A stretch of DNA of 64,000 nucleotides from Aplysia californica (lineage: Eukaryota), in NCBI RefSeq assembly GCF_000002075.1, contig NW_004797693.1:266969-330968 (forward strand), in the 5' to 3' direction. Every line of letters begins with the position of its first letter. The stretch's first letter is position 1. A program made the translations under genes and the position numbers. Below the pieces are notes generated by a model, which did no database searches, was not told where the DNA came from, and saw nothing but the letters and a program-made list of their open reading frames with translations. This document shows, one piece after another, positions 61,232-64,000 of this stretch.

Positions 61232-62648
61232 TATTTTGAGTAGTATAGTGATGGCTTCAGTGCTTTTCTTGGTTATATTATTATTACATCAGCCATGAAA
61301 CTAGCACCCATACATTCTTTGTTTCACAAAAAATATTGGATACTTGTTTCAAATTTCTTTCACTCTTTTGCCCGCATTCACAATACAGTAGTGTGTCCTT
61401 TTTATTTATTTTTTTCAGCTCTCGTATTGTACCTATGTCTGACATAGTAGAGTTACACTTTCTGCTGCATTCGTGCGTTATACTCATTTTATGCAACCCT
61501 GTATATCAAAATGTCATATCCTTTCTTGTCCTTTTCTTTACTTTAACATAAAAAACAAAAAAAAACCTACATTTATTCACATATAATCCTCTTATGATTC
61601 AGACATGCAAAATATCGATAGCTCTTTCTTCAATATGTGCTTTGTTCGAAGTATTATAGGCTTTAAAAATTTGGCTTGTTGATATCTATATATTATGAGA
61701 TTGTGTTGTAATTTTTTTCTCCATGGAACGTAGGCTTTATTTAATTATTGAACATTTGTTGTTCTGTGGGAAAGGTTTTCAGGGAATGAATGTAACCTGC
61801 TGCTTCACTGTGACATGTGAAGTGCTTTTTGAACTTCTAAAGCTGAGGTTTTGAGTTATATATGCATCAGCTTTTACTGCCCATAAAGTGTCTTGTTTAA
61901 ATACGTTAACTGGTTGCGTTTTCAATGCTACATCAAAACCAATGATTTGAAGGCATGGAGAACAAGGATTTTTCCTTGTTGGCATGTTTTACATTGGCAT
62001 CTATGCTGTTCAAAGTAGATCCACTCCTAAGAAGAGTATGTAGTGCTCTGCCCAGAAAAAAAAGCCCATAGAAGTGCTGGACACTGGTGAGGTACTCTTG
62101 AAACTTGTTTGGATACATGGAAGTTGAGGTTCAAACCTGTTAAGAAATTATAATTATTTTCATCGTCCTACCTGGAATGCTTTCTTTACTCTTATACTAA
62201 TATGTATAGTCCATATGTCATGGCTGTCTTGTGTTCAGGCTTACCTTTTACATATGTCGTGTATATGGCAATAGAAGTTCTGAGTGGGGACAATGTGTTG
62301 AAGAAATAAGCAGATGAGGGATGGGGGGATGGGAGAGTCTGTGGCGGTAAAGAACTTGACTTTGTGATTTAATAATTAATTATGTAAGACAGATGGTCAA
62401 ATACCTTGCTCCAGATATGCGTTATGAAAAAGAAAGTTCTGGTTATGCCAATGAATTTTAGTGTGTAAAGCGCATAGAGCTTTCTGTCAAGCGAGAATAT
62501 GCGCTATACAAATGCTATTTATTACTATTGATGAATTTTACGATCTTTTCCAAGCATGTTGTTGTTGGTGTTGTGGAACTTTTTAGATTATAATCTTCCT
62601 GTGGATGTTCCTCCACTAAAGGTGAGCTGTTTGTCCGTGTTGTTGCAG

Positions 62649-62776
62649 GAATTTTTAGCTGCTGAAATCAAGGATGGGAAGGTGCGCTTCAGCTGGGAAT
62701 CTGGTAAAGGCTTGGGCTCCGTGTCCCATGGTCGGTCTCTGGAGCCGCAGAAGTGGTACAAAGTGGTGGCCAAGAG
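62649..62776 (+). CDS. LAMA1/2: Laminin alpha exon 43, LG1 (EFLAAEIKDGKVRFSWESGKG...KWYKVVAK)
   Basis: ttgcag / gtaggt, 128 nt, phase 0-2. Confidence 0.93.
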
Positions 62777-62944
62777 GTAGGTGGTTTTCTTCTGTTATGT
62801 TTGAATTTAAACCCTCTCAGCACTGATCCGTTGAAATTATGAAACTCCATTAAATTTTACTTCTCTCTATTACTGTTGAGTTTTTAAAAATGTTTTCCTC
62901 TCTATCCATAAAATGTGGAGTGTCAGTTATGTACTAACAACTTT

Positions 62945-63050
62945 CTGGGCGTTTCTTCTCCTTTTCTTTGGACGTCACTCTTTAGTAACACCTCTACTCT
63001 TCGGCACAATTGTATTACCTAATTGTGTTGCAAGTGCCGTAAAACTCATT
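62945..63050 (+). mobile_element. Family A copy, 3' part, interrupted by a MITE
   Basis: gtaacacctctactcttcggcac...gcaagtgccgtaaaactc. Confidence 0.75.
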
Positions 63051-63194
63051 TACAACTTTGCGGTCACTTGGCGCATCGGTGAAAATTATCTGTTTCGGTC
63101 ACCTGCGAGAAGTCTGTTGCAGTCGCTCTCCTGGCTGGGTGACCAAATGGGGTATTTTATACTGCTGGCTGTGTGACTGCAAAGTGTTAAAAAT

Positions 63195-63354
63195 CTAGAA
63201 CTACAACTTTTTCATCCCAAATACAGAGGTTAGGCAACGGTAAAACTCTGAATAAAACTAGAACTACAGCTGTTTCAGCCCAAATACAAAGGCTAGGCAA
63301 CTGCAAAACTCTTAGTAAAACTAGATCTGCAATTGTTTTGTCCCATATTCAGAG
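63195..63354. repeat. 63-bp period tandem repeat that includes the exon 44 acceptor
   Basis: Units start at 63195, 63258, 63321 (ctaga..tcccaaatacagag). Confidence 0.75.
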
Positions 63355-63509
63355 TGGGCTCCATTGGTCAGCTCAAGGTGTGGAGCCTGGAGGAGAGCAC
63401 AGAGAAGAGGACCAACGAGGAAGTGGCCAGTGCTGGGGCAGGCTGCTCCCTGCTCAACCTCAATGAGGATTCCTCCGTCTTCTTGGCTGGCACCAGCAAC
63501 CTTCATCCG
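63353..63509 (+). CDS. LAMA1/2: Laminin alpha exon 44, LG1 (VGSIGQLKVW...SSVFLAGTSNLHP)
   Basis: attcag / gtgagc, 157 nt, phase 2-0. Confidence 0.92.
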
Positions 63510-63954
63510 GTGAGCTGTACATCATTTTTTTTAGCTGAAATTTTTGTTTTAGTGTTCATGTGTGGGCAGTGGCTTTGGTAAACCTGATAGAATGGGCCCA
63601 GCCTTTTGTAGAGACACAGTCCGCAACCATAAGATACTGACTTGGTATTAAACTGGAATCCCTGTCATGTTTTGCCTTTCTTTATTTCATTTGTTGTTGT
63701 TTTTTTAAATTGTAATAACAAAGCGTAAAAAAATTGACAGTATGTCTACACATTGAAAAAAAATTTGGTTTTAGCAGAATCATAGCGATATTGCCCAAAA
63801 ATGTCTGAGAAAGCAATTCCCCATTTTTTATATGGAAAAATATGTGGTAAAGCCTAATACAGTCTCAAAATCTCTTGAGTTGAAGTAAACACTATCCTTG
63901 TAGTTGTGGTTCTATTATAGTAATTAATAAAGAACTTTATCTCTGTGTTGGCAG

Positions 63955-64000
63955 ATCCCAGCTGGAATTACTCGGGAAAACTTTGTGGGCTGCCTTGGAG
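63955..64000 (+). CDS. LAMA1/2: Laminin alpha exon 45, truncated by window end (IPAGITRENFVGCLG)
   Basis: tggcag acceptor; FxGC motif closing LG1. Confidence 0.88.
   Translation, partial: MPAGITRENFVGCLG

Larger units (their letters stand above)
2669..64000 (+). other. LAMA1/2: Gene span (partial, open at both ends): laminin subunit alpha, alpha-1/alpha-2 (wing blister) class
   Basis: 45 exons splice into one ORF with domain order LN(C-term)-LE-L4a-LE-L4b-LE-coiled coil-LG1. Two L4 domains and few LE modules before L4a indicate the alpha1/2 rather than alpha3/5 class. Confidence 0.93.

Noticed and set aside
62587-62621. Candidate exon ending aag/gtgagc
   Set aside because: Stop in the phase-0 frame, 35 nt long, and only 27 nt from the next acceptor.
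47-63581. Most entries of the six-frame ORF track as standalone genes
   Set aside because: They are exon read-throughs, antisense shadows, microsatellite translations, repeat copies or N-gap artefacts; the real gene is spliced.

Overview
This is eukaryotic, AT-rich, gapped genomic DNA from an invertebrate bilaterian; a mollusc is plausible from the SINE repertoire, but that is inference. The whole window lies inside one + strand, intron-rich gene encoding a laminin alpha chain of the alpha-1/alpha-2 (wing blister) type. I traced 45 core exons (~6.4 kb, ~2,140 aa). They run from the end of the LN domain through LE repeats, L4a, LE, L4b, LE and the coiled coil into LG1; start and stop lie outside the window. 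All junctions are phase-consistent GT-AG except the 5' end of the exon at ~28585, which lies near an assembly gap. Introns carry many transposons: SINEs, I/Nimb and RTE LINE ends, a decayed mariner, hAT and piggyBac-like MITEs. Two results stand out. (1) Three frame-preserving candidate cassette exons sit in the three longest introns: a 162-nt exon encoding a 65% Lys/Arg, Cys-bracketed peptide between two LE modules, a 24-nt microexon in the coiled coil, and a 12-nt microexon in LG1. (2) A ~180-bp Nimb-tailed retroelement repeatedly sits sense-oriented right at 3' splice sites, is almost free of AG dinucleotides, and ends in branch-point-like ACTAAA repeats. All calls were made by eye; no searches or RNA data were available.
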